Part shown: in pieces, positions 1 through 10,307 of the stretch
How positions within the stretch are numbered: position 1 is the first letter of the stretch
Layout of the letters: each line of letters opens with the position of its first letter
Sequence record: SRR20825006_252
Length of the DNA stretch: 50,381 nt
Direction: 5' to 3' (one strand)
The notes under the pieces: model-generated
Databases searched by the model: none
What the model saw: the letters and a program-made list of their open reading frames with translations, nothing else
Told to the model about the DNA's origin: nothing
Made by a program: the position numbers and the translations under genes

Positions 1-1
1 G

Positions 2-34
2 CTTTTCGTGCTGGGCGTGGTGATGTGCCTGTAA
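2..34 (+). CDS. 3' end of an upstream gene, probably a membrane protein (partial)
   Basis: Frame 2 reads LFVLGVVMCL-stop, a hydrophobic C-terminus running off the window edge; too short to identify. Confidence 0.3.
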   Translation, partial: LFVLGVVMCL

Positions 35-109
35 TTGGCCGTAGCACCGGTGATGCAAACTGTTGACCATGCGTCCGTGTTGCGATCCGCCGACGGTGAA
101 TGTGAACAC

Positions 110-126
110 TGTCTGATTTTCGGTCA
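110..126. promoter_or_regulatory. Putative enhancer (UAS) site 1 for the sigma54 activator, upstream of apcA
   Basis: TGTCTGATTTTCGGTCA, an imperfect 17-bp palindrome matching the sites at 10610 and 10644. Confidence 0.6.
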
Positions 127-141
127 CGCCGCGTTGCGGCA

Positions 142-158
142 TGTCTTGAAATCAAACG
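142..158. promoter_or_regulatory. Putative enhancer (UAS) site 2 upstream of apcA
   Basis: Reverse complement CGTTTGATTTCAAGACA matches CGTCCGATTTCCGGACG at 12/17 positions; starts 32 bp (about 3 helical turns) after site 1. Confidence 0.45.
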
Positions 159-196
159 CAGCGCTTTCACTGGGCAGTGTTTCACACCCATGCGTG

Positions 197-238
197 AATA
201 ATAAATAATTATAAAACAAATGGTTAATTAAATTTATC
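197..238. promoter_or_regulatory. AT-rich tract with IHF-like site between the UAS and the sigma54 promoter
   Basis: Nearly pure A/T run in a GC-rich region. AAACAAATGGTTA (214-226) is one mismatch from WATCAANNNNTTR, at the usual position for IHF-assisted looping. Confidence 0.5.
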
Positions 239-264
239 CTGCTTTTTCCCCTTTTTTCACGGGC

Positions 265-280
265 TGGAAAAGAACCTGCA
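265..280 (+). promoter_or_regulatory. Sigma54-type -24/-12 promoter of the apc operon
   Basis: TGGAAAAGAACCTGCA has exact GG-N10-GC spacing; a near-identical copy lies at 10724; a sigma54 activator and rpoN are in the locus. Confidence 0.7.
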
Positions 281-413
281 TCTCTTTGGGTTGGATCGAC
301 GGTCCGGCCAAGGGGAGAGGAGCCCCCGTGGCCTTAGCGATCGTGATCCCAGCGTAAGACACGCTCTTTACCGCAGGTTCACTGCGCAACAAGGATGGGA
401 GGAGAGATGCACG

Positions 414-2348
414 ATGGCATTTCAGATCAATATTGATAACGGAGGGACGCTGACCGATGTGTGTATCATGTCGGACGACGGCGTTCAAAAGACCAAGGTT
501 CTGACCACGCCTTATGATTTGTCGAAATGTTTTTTCGAGGGTCTGACCAAAGCCTCCGAGGTGGTCTATGGCGCCACGGACGTCAAACGTCTGCTCGAAG
601 AGGTGGACCTGATCCGTTATTCGACCACCCAGGGCACAAACGCGATTTGTGAGCGCAAGGGGCCGAAACTGGGCCTGGTGCTCGACACGGACTCCAAGGA
701 TCTTGTGGCCTCACTGCGCGACCATGATCCCGAAGTCTATGACGCGCTGATCGGGGATCGGGTCGCCTTTGTCGATACGGCGACCTTGAACAGCGACGCC
801 GCCGAAGTCGATGTGGTCAAGGTGATCAACCAATTGACCGCAATGGGCGCGAACCGTCTGGTGGTCTGTTTCAGCGGCACAGATTTTGGTGACGCAGAAG
901 AGTGCGTCAAGAAAATCGCACTGCGCAAATACCCGCGCCATCTGTTGGGGGCGGTGCCGGTGCTCTACGCGTCGGATTTGACCGTCGATGCCAATCCAGA
1001 TCGGCGGGCATGGTCGGCGTTGATCAACTCTTTCCTGCATCCGTCGATGGAGGCGTTTTTGTACAACGCCGAAAACCGTCTGCGCGCGTATCGCACGAAG
1101 AACCCGCTGTTGATTTTCCGCAATGATGGCGACGCCTCGCGCGTGGCCAAAACCGTGGCGATCAAAACCTATTCGTCCGGTCCGCGGGGCGGCATGGAAG
1201 GGGTCAAGACCTTTGCCGCGCTCTACGGTTTTCGAGACACGGTTTCCATCGACGTCGGCGGAACCACCACGGACATCGGCCAATGTACCGAGGGGCGCGT
1301 TGCCGAAATGCGGCGCGGTCATGTGGAAGGCATCAGCGTCTCCTTTCCATTGTGTGAAATCATGTCGGCGGGGGCCGGGGGCAGCTCGATCTTCCGGGTG
1401 AAAGATGGCCAGATTGTCATCGGTCCCGAAAGCGTCGGCGCATTGCCGGGTCCGGCCTGTTTCGGGCGTGGCGGCAAAGAGGCGACCATCACGGATGCCA
1501 GTTTGCTTTTAGGGCTCCTTGATCCGATGTCGTATTTCGGCGGCGGTATGGGGCTTGATCTTGCGCGCGCAGAAGCGGCGGTGATGGCCAATGTGGCCGA
1601 TCCGTTGGGTGTGAACCTTGAAACGGCACTGCTTGCAATGTCGGATGCGTTCGAGGCGAAAATTGCCGAGGAACTGCATCGTTGCACCACGATTTCTTCT
1701 GATACGGTGATGATGGCCTTTGGCGGCGCTGGACCACTGAATGCTTGCGGTGTGGCCGAAAAAGCCGGGATTTCCCGTGTGGCTGTGCCTGCAATGGCGG
1801 CAGTATTTTCGGCCTACGGCATCGGGTCTTGCGACGTGTCGCAACGCTATGTGGTCGGTCTTGAGACCTGTGACACGGCATGCCTGAACGCGACTTTGGA
1901 CACGCTGAATGTCAAAGCCGCCCGCGATATGTTCGCGGAAGGGTTTGAGCCGGGCAGCTATACGATCATGGCTCAACTGGTGGCCCAGACCGATGCGGGC
2001 GAAGTGGTGCGACCTCTGACCGAAGGGGAGGATTTCCCAACAGAACTGGCCGGAGCGATGTCGGTGGAATTGGAACTCAGCGCGATCAAGAGCCTGCGCC
2101 AAGGGGACACGGGGCACATCGCGGTCACGCGCAAAGCCGCCGCCAAAGCGTCGGAACACCGCATGGTTCTCGTGCCTGAGAAAGGCCGGATTGATCTGCC
2201 TGTCTACGCCTTGGGAAGCCTGAAAAAGGGTGATTTTGCGGCTGGTCCGGCCATCCTTGAAGAAGACTATTTTACCGCTCGCGTGCCTGCGGGTTGGGGT
2301 TTTGTCGTCAGCGAAGCGGGCGACGTGATTTTGGACCGGGAGGGCTGA
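414..2348 (+). CDS. apcA: Acetophenone carboxylase-like alpha subunit (hydantoinase A/oxoprolinase family, ATP-binding)
   Basis: Motifs INIDNGGTLTD, IDVGGTTTD, GAGGSS, GPESVGALPGPACFG. RBS GGGAGGAG precedes ATG 414 (ORF track start 291 is too far upstream). Order and sizes match apcABCDE. Confidence 0.85.
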   Translation: MAFQINIDNGGTLTDVCIMSDDGVQKTKVLTTPYDLSKCFFEGLTKASEVVYGATDVKRLLEEVDLIRYSTTQGTNAICERKGPKLGLVLDTDSKDLVASLRDHDPEVYDALIGDRVAFVDTATLNSDAAEVDVVKVINQLTAMGANRLVVCFSGTDFGDAEECVKKIALRKYPRHLLGAVPVLYASDLTVDANPDRRAWSALINSFLHPSMEAFLYNAENRLRAYRTKNPLLIFRNDGDASRVAKTVAIKTYSSGPRGGMEGVKTFAALYGFRDTVSIDVGGTTTDIGQCTEGRVAEMRRGHVEGISVSFPLCEIMSAGAGGSSIFRVKDGQIVIGPESVGALPGPACFGRGGKEATITDASLLLGLLDPMSYFGGGMGLDLARAEAAVMANVADPLGVNLETALLAMSDAFEAKIAEELHRCTTISSDTVMMAFGGAGPLNACGVAEKAGISRVAVPAMAAVFSAYGIGSCDVSQRYVVGLETCDTACLNATLDTLNVKAARDMFAEGFEPGSYTIMAQLVAQTDAGEVVRPLTEGEDFPTELAGAMSVELELSAIKSLRQGDTGHIAVTRKAAAKASEHRMVLVPEKGRIDLPVYALGSLKKGDFAAGPAILEEDYFTARVPAGWGFVVSEAGDVILDREG

Positions 2349-2351
2349 GCC

Positions 2352-2750
2352 ATGAAGATTCCGATGACGGAATATCTACGAATTGATCTGGAAACCGAAA
2401 AATGGGAGTGCCGGGTGTGCGATCACGTGATCGCGCCAGCGGGTGGCAATTACAAGGAAGGATTGTTGGTTCACAACCGTGATCCGCGTGAAATCCATCC
2501 GCCGATCATCGACCCGGACAAATACCGCTTCACCTTTAGCCCAGACCCGGAATGGGTGCGTATTCTGGAATTCTGCTGCCCAAGCTGCGGCACGCAGGTT
2601 GAAACCGAATACGCCATTCCGGGCCACCCCCCGCTTTGGGACATGCAGGTCGATGTGGCCGCATTGAAAGCGCAATGGGCCGCGCGTGGTCCTGCGGCGC
2701 TGCCGGATGCGGGTCCCGTGGTGATGCCCGAACGGGGCCATAGCCACTGA
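2352..2750 (+). CDS. apcB: Acetophenone carboxylase-like beta subunit (small Zn-binding, acetone carboxylase gamma family)
   Basis: 132 aa with two CxxC pairs (WECRVC, FCCPSCG) and a C-terminal PGHPP; second gene of the operon. Confidence 0.85.
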   Translation: MKIPMTEYLRIDLETEKWECRVCDHVIAPAGGNYKEGLLVHNRDPREIHPPIIDPDKYRFTFSPDPEWVRILEFCCPSCGTQVETEYAIPGHPPLWDMQVDVAALKAQWAARGPAALPDAGPVVMPERGHSH

Positions 2751-2866
2751 CCATGAGGCACTGAAAATGACGCCAAGACCCGCGCTGTGATGGCGCGGGT
2801 GACACCGGGGGTGTGTTCGCAAGGTCGAGGAGACTTGCCGCCTCCGCAGCACATAAGGGAGAGAGT

Positions 2867-5023
2867 ATGAAACGTGTATCCGTTGATATCGGCGGCACCT
2901 TCACCGACTGTTTCGTCGTTTGGGGCCAGCAATATATCGAAACCAAAGCTCTGACGACGCACCACAACCTTGCGATGGGCTTTAACGAAGCTCTGGGCAA
3001 AGCCTGCACCACCTTGGGTTTGGGGTTGGAAGAGATTTTGGGCGAAGTGGACAGTGTGCGCTATGCGACAACGCTGGGCACCAATGCCCTGATTGAACAC
3101 AAAGGTCCGAAAATCGGCATGTTGGTGACGGCGGGCTATGAGGCGACTGTGCCGCTGAGCCGGGCGCGTGGCTATGGCGAAGGTTTGGACAACCTCGGCC
3201 AACAAGACATGCCCAATGCCCAGCGTCCCGATCCTTTGGTGGAACCGCACATGATTTACGGCGTGCGCGAACGGTTGGATTTCGAAGGCAATCTGGTGAT
3301 GAAGCTGGACGAAGAAGACGTGCGTCGCCAGCTGCGCGGATTGGTGGATCGCGGCGCACAGATCATCGTGGTCGCCTTGGTGAACTCGGTTGTGAACCCG
3401 GCCCACGAACAGCGCATCGAAGAGATTGTGTTGGAGGAATATCCGTCGCATTTGCTCGGCGCGATTCCGGTGATCCTGTCGCATCAGGTGGCGGGCCGCA
3501 AAGGTGAATATGTCCGTGCAACCTCGGCCATTGTCGATGGCTATCTGCATTCGACCATGTATCACGCGCTGTCGGCGCTTGAGCAAAACCTGCGGGCGCA
3601 TAAATACGAAAAACCGATGCTGGTGATCCACAATTCGGGCGGTATGGCGCAATTGAACTCGACCGATGCGCTGCAAACCATCCATTCGGGGCCCGTATCC
3701 GGGATCGGTGCGTCCGAGCACCTGTCTTTGCAGGCTGAATTGGGCAATGTCGTTGCCACCGACATGGGCGGCACCAGCTATGACATTGGGATCGTCGTCG
3801 AGGGTGGGATCAAGCACTATGATTTCAACCCGGTCATCGACCGCTGGCTTGTCTCTGTTCCCATGGTGCACCTTGTGACGCTGGGCGCGGGCGGCGGCTC
3901 CATCGCCTCCTATGACCGGATGTACAAAACGGTGAAATGCGGGCCGGAAAGTGCGGGGTCCGATCCGGGTCCGGCCTGTTACGACCGGGGCGGGATGCGC
4001 CCCTCCGTCACCGATGCCGATCTGGTTTTGGGTTATCTGGACGCGGAAAACTACGCGGGTGGGTCGATCCCGCTCAATCCACGCCGGGCCAAGACCGCGA
4101 TCGAGGATGCGCTGTGCGACGAGTTGGATTGCGATGTGATCGAAGCCGCCAAGCTCATTCGCGAAAAGGTCGATGACAATATGGCAAACGGTCTGTTCAC
4201 CGAGCTGCGCGCGCGCGGCTATGACCCGAAGGACTTCACCATGTTGGCCTATGGTGGGAACGGTCCGCTGCATTGCTGCGGCATTGCGCAGAACCTCAGC
4301 ATCGACAAGATCCTGGCCCCGCCCTTGTCCTCCGTCTTCTCGGCCGTGGGGGCAGGCAACATGCATCAGCTCCATATTCACGAGCAGTCGCTCTACATGG
4401 TGCTTTATGACAGCAACACCCGCCACATCTTTGATGACTACGATCGGTTCAATGCCATCGTGGCGGAGTTGAAGGAAAAAGGCACCCAAGACCTGTTGCG
4501 TCAGGGCGTGCCGCTGGAACAGATCAGTCACGATCTGGAACTCGATATGCGCTATGGCAACCAGTTGGTGCAAACCACGGCTGTGATCCCGCACCATGAG
4601 CTCCATGGTCCGGCGGATGTGTTGGCGATGATTTCGCAATTCTCCAACGATTACGGCAAGCGCTTTGGCGAAGGCTCTCAGGCACCTGAGGCGGGCATCC
4701 GCATCAACACCATTCGTGTGGCTGCCTATGCCAAACACGAGACGGTGAAATTCGAAGACATCAAGCCGTTGGACAAGGCGGATCGCAAGGCTCCGCCCGC
4801 TCCGCAAAGCCATCGGACCTGTCATTTTGTCGGCTTTGACGCGGCCTTTGAGACCCCGGTCTGGGCGCGCAAGGACATTGAACCCGGTGTCGAGATCGAA
4901 GGGCCCGCGATTGTTGCCTCCGAAGTCACGACCTTTCTGGTGAACCCCGGCTGGACCTATGTCGCGGCAAAACAGGACGCGTCGTGGTTCTTGCGCAACG
5001 AAACGCCGATCACCCGCCATTAA
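2867..5023 (+). CDS. apcC: Acetophenone carboxylase-like gamma subunit (hydantoinase A family)
   Basis: MKRVSVDIGGTFTD, TDMGGTSYD, GPESAGSDPGPACY; RBS AAGGGAGAG before ATG 2867. Confidence 0.85.
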   Translation: MKRVSVDIGGTFTDCFVVWGQQYIETKALTTHHNLAMGFNEALGKACTTLGLGLEEILGEVDSVRYATTLGTNALIEHKGPKIGMLVTAGYEATVPLSRARGYGEGLDNLGQQDMPNAQRPDPLVEPHMIYGVRERLDFEGNLVMKLDEEDVRRQLRGLVDRGAQIIVVALVNSVVNPAHEQRIEEIVLEEYPSHLLGAIPVILSHQVAGRKGEYVRATSAIVDGYLHSTMYHALSALEQNLRAHKYEKPMLVIHNSGGMAQLNSTDALQTIHSGPVSGIGASEHLSLQAELGNVVATDMGGTSYDIGIVVEGGIKHYDFNPVIDRWLVSVPMVHLVTLGAGGGSIASYDRMYKTVKCGPESAGSDPGPACYDRGGMRPSVTDADLVLGYLDAENYAGGSIPLNPRRAKTAIEDALCDELDCDVIEAAKLIREKVDDNMANGLFTELRARGYDPKDFTMLAYGGNGPLHCCGIAQNLSIDKILAPPLSSVFSAVGAGNMHQLHIHEQSLYMVLYDSNTRHIFDDYDRFNAIVAELKEKGTQDLLRQGVPLEQISHDLELDMRYGNQLVQTTAVIPHHELHGPADVLAMISQFSNDYGKRFGEGSQAPEAGIRINTIRVAAYAKHETVKFEDIKPLDKADRKAPPAPQSHRTCHFVGFDAAFETPVWARKDIEPGVEIEGPAIVASEVTTFLVNPGWTYVAAKQDASWFLRNETPITRH

Positions 5024-5033
5024 GTCAATCTGC

Positions 5034-5060
5034 CCCCCGGCGCGGAGGAGGCGCCGGGGG
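5034..5060 (+). other. Intercistronic stem-loop between apcC and apcD
   Basis: CCCCCGGCGC-GGAGGAG-GCGCCGGGGG: perfect 10-bp stem with no U-tract, so more likely a stabiliser or processing site than a terminator. Confidence 0.6.
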
Positions 5061-5085
5061 ACGTACCCCTTTGGAGGAGAGTCCC

Positions 5086-7356
5086 ATGAACGAGATGTCA
5101 ACACGGGCGAAAACGCCCACACTCGAAGAAATGAACCTGATCAAGAAGTTTCTTGATGACACCACCCTGTTTCTCGGTCCTGACCCGGAGATCATGCAAA
5201 ACCATGACCTGATGCCGCGCACCGAGATCGAAGACGACGCCATCGGCAAGGTCAGCGATGCCCATACCGTGGCTAAAATCCGGGATCGCATCCAATCGGG
5301 CTGTGATGAAGGCTATGAGATGGTCGAACAGATGGGTGCCGCGCCCGGTGCAAAATGGGGTGACGTGATCACCGGCGTCTATTCCGCCAGTGGTGATCTT
5401 GCCATTGCCTCGGCGGGGGGCGTGTTGATCTTTTCGGCGCTGGTGCACCACCCGATCAAGTTCATCATCAAAAACTGGATGGATGACCCGACGGTGGGTG
5501 TGAAGGATGGCGACGGCTTCATCCACAATGACTCGCGCTACGGCAACGTGCACAACACCGACCAGTCGATGATCATCCCGATTTTCCACAAAGGAAAACT
5601 GGTGTGCTGGGTCGCCTCGACCGTGCACGAAGGCGAGAATGGTGCGATCGAGCCGGGCGGCATGCCCTCCATGGCCGAAAGCCCCTCTGACGAAGGGCTG
5701 AAAATGTCGCCTTTCAAAGTGGTTGAAAACTACCAAATCAAACGCGACATCCTAACCTTCCTGCAAAACTCGGTGCGCGAGCCAAAGCTGCAGTACGAAG
5801 ACATGAAGGTGAAGCTGTTCGCCTGTCTGCGCATCAAACAGCGGATCGAAGAGACGCTGAATTCGGATGGTCCCGAGGCCCTGATGGCGACGCTGCGCCT
5901 GACCATGGAACAGGTCCGTGCCGAGGTGAAACGCCGGATTTCGGAATGGCCGGACATGACCGTGCGCAGCTACATCATTCAGGACTCCACCCTGCGTGAA
6001 AACTGCGTGGTCAAGATCAACTGCAAACTGACCAAGACCGGCGACCGGTTGATTTTCGACTTCCGGGGATCAAGCCCGGAGTTCACCAACCGCGCCACCA
6101 ACACGATTGTTGCAGGCCTCAAAGGGATGCTGGCGCAGGTTTTCCTGTGCTATGTCTGGCCCGATCTGCCGCGCGGACAGGCGGCTTTTGCGCCCATCGA
6201 GGTGATCACCGATCCGCATTCGATCGTGAACTGTTCCTATGATGCGCCAAACTCGCAGTCCTTGATGTCGATCTTCACCGGTTTCACCGCCGGACAACAT
6301 GCGGTGGCCAAGTTCCTGTATTCCTGCCCGGAAAAATTCACTCGGGTGCATGCGCCGACCTTCAACATGATCAACACCTTCATCTGGGGTGGGGTCAGCC
6401 AGCATGGCGAAACATTGGGCAACCTTTGTGCCGATCTGAACGGCATGGGCGCGGGGGCCACGGCAAGCCGCGATGGCGAACATGCTTTGGCTCCGATCTT
6501 TGCCACCATGGCCGACATCGGCGAGCAGGAGCTGAACGAGGAGGAAGTGCCCTTCTTGCAGCTTGTGTCGAAGAAAATGACCCGTGACGCCATTGCGCCC
6601 GGCAAATATCGCGGTGGTCAGGGCTATACGATGATGGTGGCTACCAAGGATTCCGAACAGTGGGGGTTCATGACCACGGCGCAAGGGGCGAAAATTCCGC
6701 CGCTTCAGGGCCTGTTCGGCGGCTATGCCTGCGGCACCTATCCTTTGTCTAAGGTCAAGGATGTCGATGTCTATGATGTGTTGATGAACGAACCGGAGCG
6801 GTTCCGCCACTCGATCGAAGAGATCATGAACGAACAACCGTTCGAGGACGCCGATTATTCGACCCATCACATGGGCATGGGCTTTGAGATTTCGAAACGC
6901 GGCGAGTTGTTCATGATCAGCCAAGGTGCGGGTGCAGGCTATGGTGATCTTCTGGAACGCGATCCGGAAAATATCATCAAGGACATCGAGGAGGGACTGA
7001 TCTCCCCCGAAGTGGCCGCACGCCTTTATAAAGTGGTCTTTGATGCCGCAACGCTGGCGATTGATTTTGACGCCACCGAGGCCGCGCGCGCCGAAGAACG
7101 TCAGGCCCGGATCAAACGCTCGGTCCCCTATGCCGAGTTCGTCAAAGGCTGGAACAAACCAAAGCCGCCGGCGCATCTGCAATATTTCGGATGTTGGGGC
7201 GACGATGTTGGCACGCTCTATATGGGCGCGCCGGACATCACCCGCCGGGGCGACCAACCGCGTCCGAATTACATGATGCACCCCAAGGACGTGCGCATCG
7301 CGGAACTCGAAGCGCGGCTTGAGGCTGCAGGTGCCATGGGAGACGAAAAGAAATGA
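5086..7356 (+). CDS. apcD: Acetophenone carboxylase-like delta subunit (hydantoinase B family, metal-binding catalytic subunit)
   Basis: FIHNDSRYGNVHNTD, VHEGENG, PGKYRGG, GAGYGDLLERDPE motifs of hydantoinase B / Acx alpha; RBS GGAGGAG before ATG 5086. Confidence 0.85.
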   Translation: MNEMSTRAKTPTLEEMNLIKKFLDDTTLFLGPDPEIMQNHDLMPRTEIEDDAIGKVSDAHTVAKIRDRIQSGCDEGYEMVEQMGAAPGAKWGDVITGVYSASGDLAIASAGGVLIFSALVHHPIKFIIKNWMDDPTVGVKDGDGFIHNDSRYGNVHNTDQSMIIPIFHKGKLVCWVASTVHEGENGAIEPGGMPSMAESPSDEGLKMSPFKVVENYQIKRDILTFLQNSVREPKLQYEDMKVKLFACLRIKQRIEETLNSDGPEALMATLRLTMEQVRAEVKRRISEWPDMTVRSYIIQDSTLRENCVVKINCKLTKTGDRLIFDFRGSSPEFTNRATNTIVAGLKGMLAQVFLCYVWPDLPRGQAAFAPIEVITDPHSIVNCSYDAPNSQSLMSIFTGFTAGQHAVAKFLYSCPEKFTRVHAPTFNMINTFIWGGVSQHGETLGNLCADLNGMGAGATASRDGEHALAPIFATMADIGEQELNEEEVPFLQLVSKKMTRDAIAPGKYRGGQGYTMMVATKDSEQWGFMTTAQGAKIPPLQGLFGGYACGTYPLSKVKDVDVYDVLMNEPERFRHSIEEIMNEQPFEDADYSTHHMGMGFEISKRGELFMISQGAGAGYGDLLERDPENIIKDIEEGLISPEVAARLYKVVFDAATLAIDFDATEAARAEERQARIKRSVPYAEFVKGWNKPKPPAHLQYFGCWGDDVGTLYMGAPDITRRGDQPRPNYMMHPKDVRIAELEARLEAAGAMGDEKK

Positions 7357-8174
7357 GCCAAACCCTAGCAGACGATCTGCCCGATGGTTCGGGTACGAAG
7401 GCGCTGCGGGTCTGGTTGAAGTCGTCGGGTTATGCCCGGCGGCTTTTGCTGGGCGAAAGTGGCGATCCATGGGCGGACGGGGCGGCGAAATACCTGTCTT
7501 TCTTCTCTCAGGCGCGCGGGTTGCTGCGGGCCGATGTTGCGGAGGTGGATTTGGGCGATTTGTTCCGCTCCTGGGTCCATCGCCATCCCGCGTTGCGCGC
7601 CGACATGGCCAGTAAAAAGCGCGCGACCTATCCGTTGCGGCGGATGCTCGAAGAGGAGGGGCCGCGCCAGCTTTTGGACGAGGTGACCGAGGCCGTTGCC
7701 GCCAATTTGCAAGCTCAGGTGCCAATGGTTCTGGCGATGCCCGCACCGGGCGCCTGGTTGGCCGAGGCGCAACAGATGGTCGATCGCCCGGCTGAGGTTG
7801 ACGAGGATGCGGTGGAAGATGCAGCCATGTATATGGCCGATTTCCTGCGCTGCGTGTCGGCGCGTCCGGTGGGTGGGCTGTTGCTGGAAGAGGGGGGCAG
7901 CCCTGGTCCGGCCAACCGCTATTCCCCGATCCTGAATGCTGCCAAACATTACCGTTGGGCCGTGGTCGGGCGCGATGTCGCCCCAGAGGCGGCGGCGGTG
8001 TTTGACGCCACCATAGGCACGGATGCAAGCGCCAAAGGCCGGGATGTCAGTTTTGATCTGTTTGGACAGGGCACTTTGCCTGCCATTGGGTCCGGCCAGT
8101 TTGCCTTTGCGGAAATTCCTGTCGGTCATGCGCCAGAGGCGGTGCTGGACGCGATTGCCCAACTGCGGGGGTAG
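7353..8174 (+). CDS. apcE: Probable acetophenone carboxylase epsilon subunit
   Basis: 273 aa, ATGA-coupled to apcD. Position and size match the fifth Apc subunit; the call rests mainly on synteny. Confidence 0.6.
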   Translation: MSQTLADDLPDGSGTKALRVWLKSSGYARRLLLGESGDPWADGAAKYLSFFSQARGLLRADVAEVDLGDLFRSWVHRHPALRADMASKKRATYPLRRMLEEEGPRQLLDEVTEAVAANLQAQVPMVLAMPAPGAWLAEAQQMVDRPAEVDEDAVEDAAMYMADFLRCVSARPVGGLLLEEGGSPGPANRYSPILNAAKHYRWAVVGRDVAPEAAAVFDATIGTDASAKGRDVSFDLFGQGTLPAIGSGQFAFAEIPVGHAPEAVLDAIAQLRG

Positions 8175-8264
8175 TTGCACGGGTCATTTGTCCCAAATTC
8201 CGTCCCTCCCCACGGGCGGATTTGACCAGTGGGTGGACGTTTTCAAACCGACGCCGAGGTCAGC

Positions 8265-8294
8265 ACGGCGCCCCTCCTCCGGGGCGCCGTTTTC
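8265..8294. terminator. Intrinsic terminator-like hairpin between convergent apcE and the activator gene
   Basis: ACGGCGCCCC-TCCTCC-GGGGCGCCGT followed by TTT. Confidence 0.65.
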
Positions 8295-8300
8295 GTGAGG

Positions 8301-10307
8301 TCAGTGTTGAACCGTACGTAGGATCGCAACGCTTTCCTTGAGGCCAAACCGTTCCAGTTTGACGTAGAGCGTACTTTTCGCGATCCCCAGATCACGCGCA
8401 ACAGAGGTCAAGTTGCCCTGATGCGCCCGGATTGCGGACATGATGGCCTCGCGTTCAGCCAGTTCCAGAGGGCTGATCCCCGCATGATCCGGCGGGGGGG
8501 TGTCAGAGATCAGATCATGTGGCAGACCAAGCTCAGAGGGTAAATGTTCGGCCTCCAAAAGGTCGCCATCGCAGACCAGAAGGCTGCCCTCCAAGGCGTT
8601 GCGCAATTCGCGAATGTTGCCTGGCCAATCATATTGCTCCAAGGCGCGCCGCATGCCGTGCCCGATCCGGGGAACCGTTCGGTCATACCGGGCCGCGATC
8701 TGCGTCAGGAAATACTCCGCGAGCGGCACAATATCGCTACGCCGGTCGCGCAAGGGTGGAAGCGCCAAAGACGTCACTGCGATCCGGTAATACAAATCCA
8801 TCCGGAACCGACCCGCTTGCACTTCGGCTTTGAGGTCTCGGTTGGTCGCGGCGATCAGGCGAAAGCGGACTTTGCGTGGATGGTTCTCACCGATGCGGCA
8901 AATCTCGCCGGTTTCCAAAACCCGCAACAGATGCGGTTGCAGATCGAGAGGCATTTCGCCGATCTCATCCAAGAACAATGTGCCACCATCGGCGGCTTCA
9001 ATTTTCCCCATCATGCCGCCACGTTTGGCCCCGGTAAATGCGCCCTCCGCATAGCCGAATAATTCGCTGGTCAAAAGTTCGCGCGAAAACCCGCCGCAAT
9101 TGACCGCCATGAACGGGCCCTTCTGGTCCGGCCCCATGTCGTGAAACGCATGGGCAAAAGCATCCTTGCCGACGCCGGTTTCGCCCAACAACAGCACGGG
9201 AACCGAGGCTTTCGCCAGTTGTCGCGCCCGATTCAGCGCCGCCACATAGCGTGGTGCGGCGCCGATCAGGCGGTTAAACGCATCGGTTGGGGCGGAGTGC
9301 GGGCGGGGGATGTCATGTATTTTGTTGCGCTGTACCAAGGCATTGCGGTCGGGCAGTACAAGGATCGAGCCAAGGCGATGTCCCTGCACATGGACGGGTT
9401 CGATCCAGTCCCGATCCACCCAAGACGGCATTTTCTCGGGCACGAGCTTGCCATCCCGCCACGGCAATGTCAGGTCGCGAATGGTGAGCGCCGGATCATT
9501 GCGGCCCTTGGCCAGTTGCGTCATCAACGCGGCGGCACTGTCATTGGCTTTGACGGCGCGGCCTTGACGGTCAAAGACAATCAACCCGTCGCTTCCGGCG
9601 TTGTTCAGCCGGTCGAGATAGTGGTCAAGCAGCCGATACCGCAATTTCATTTCCTGACGCGCAAGACGGTTTTCGATCCGTCCAGACGCGGCGACCGCCA
9701 GCGCCAGCGCGTGACGGCTGTAGCTGTCTGTCAGGCCGGAAATATCAATCGCGCCAAGGATCGTATGGCTGATCGGATCGCGGATCACACTGGCCGAACA
9801 GGACCACCGTTTGATCCCGGAACAGAAATGTTCGGAGGAATGAATCTGAATCGGTTGGCCGATTTCAAGCGCGGTTCCGATGGCGTTGGTTCCACAACTG
9901 GCCTCACTCCAGCTTGCGCCGGGCATGAGATGAATGTTTTCAGCCGGGTCGCGCAAAGAGGTGTCGCCCTCAATCGACAAAACCACACCGGCCGCATCCG
10001 TCAGCACCATGACGGTTCCGGTTTCGTGTAAAAAATCGCGCGCGGATTGCATCACCGACACGCTGGCCCGTACAAGCTCCGTGTTGGTTTCCAAGAGGCC
10101 ATACAGAGGATCGCCCTCAAGGGGAACCGGGGCCTGATCCCGTGTGGGATCGACCTTGCCCTGGCAGCGGCGCCAAGAGTCGTCAATCAACCGACGCAGC
10201 GCATCGGAACCAGGTTCATCACCTTGTAGAAACCGTTCCCAAGATGTCATAATTTGCCGATCATTCTCTGGACGTGAAAATGTCTGGCGCAAGGCGGTTC
10301 CCGGCAT
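8301..10307 (-). CDS. Sigma54-dependent enhancer-binding activator, GAF-AAA+-Fis HTH (AcxR/AcoR-like)
   Basis: GAF segment [10 protein letters not shown]...EHF; Walker [41 protein letters not shown]-terminal HTH. RBS GGGAGGAG precedes ATG 10307. Confidence 0.92.
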   Translation of the reverse strand: MPGTALRQTFSRPENDRQIMTSWERFLQGDEPGSDALRRLIDDSWRRCQGKVDPTRDQAPVPLEGDPLYGLLETNTELVRASVSVMQSARDFLHETGTVMVLTDAAGVVLSIEGDTSLRDPAENIHLMPGASWSEASCGTNAIGTALEIGQPIQIHSSEHFCSGIKRWSCSASVIRDPISHTILGAIDISGLTDSYSRHALALAVAASGRIENRLARQEMKLRYRLLDHYLDRLNNAGSDGLIVFDRQGRAVKANDSAAALMTQLAKGRNDPALTIRDLTLPWRDGKLVPEKMPSWVDRDWIEPVHVQGHRLGSILVLPDRNALVQRNKIHDIPRPHSAPTDAFNRLIGAAPRYVAALNRARQLAKASVPVLLLGETGVGKDAFAHAFHDMGPDQKGPFMAVNCGGFSRELLTSELFGYAEGAFTGAKRGGMMGKIEAADGGTLFLDEIGEMPLDLQPHLLRVLETGEICRIGENHPRKVRFRLIAATNRDLKAEVQAGRFRMDLYYRIAVTSLALPPLRDRRSDIVPLAEYFLTQIAARYDRTVPRIGHGMRRALEQYDWPGNIRELRNALEGSLLVCDGDLLEAEHLPSELGLPHDLISDTPPPDHAGISPLELAEREAIMSAIRAHQGNLTSVARDLGIAKSTLYVKLERFGLKESVAILRTVQH

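Noticed and set aside
78-95. Possible third UAS (TGTTGCGATCCGCCGACG) 32 bp upstream of site 1
   Set aside because: The phasing fits, but the match to the 17-bp consensus is too weak.
291-413. N-terminal extensions in the ORF track for apcA (likewise apcC, apcD, activator, COG0523, oxidase, cupin and hydrolases)
   Set aside because: Downstream ATGs have strong RBSs and coincide with the start of family homology; several extensions overlap promoters or neighbouring genes.
2471-5122. 883-aa minus-strand ORF (also 6070-8028, 652 aa)
   Set aside because: Antisense shadows of apcC/apcD/apcE, as expected from high-GC codon bias; no recognisable motifs.
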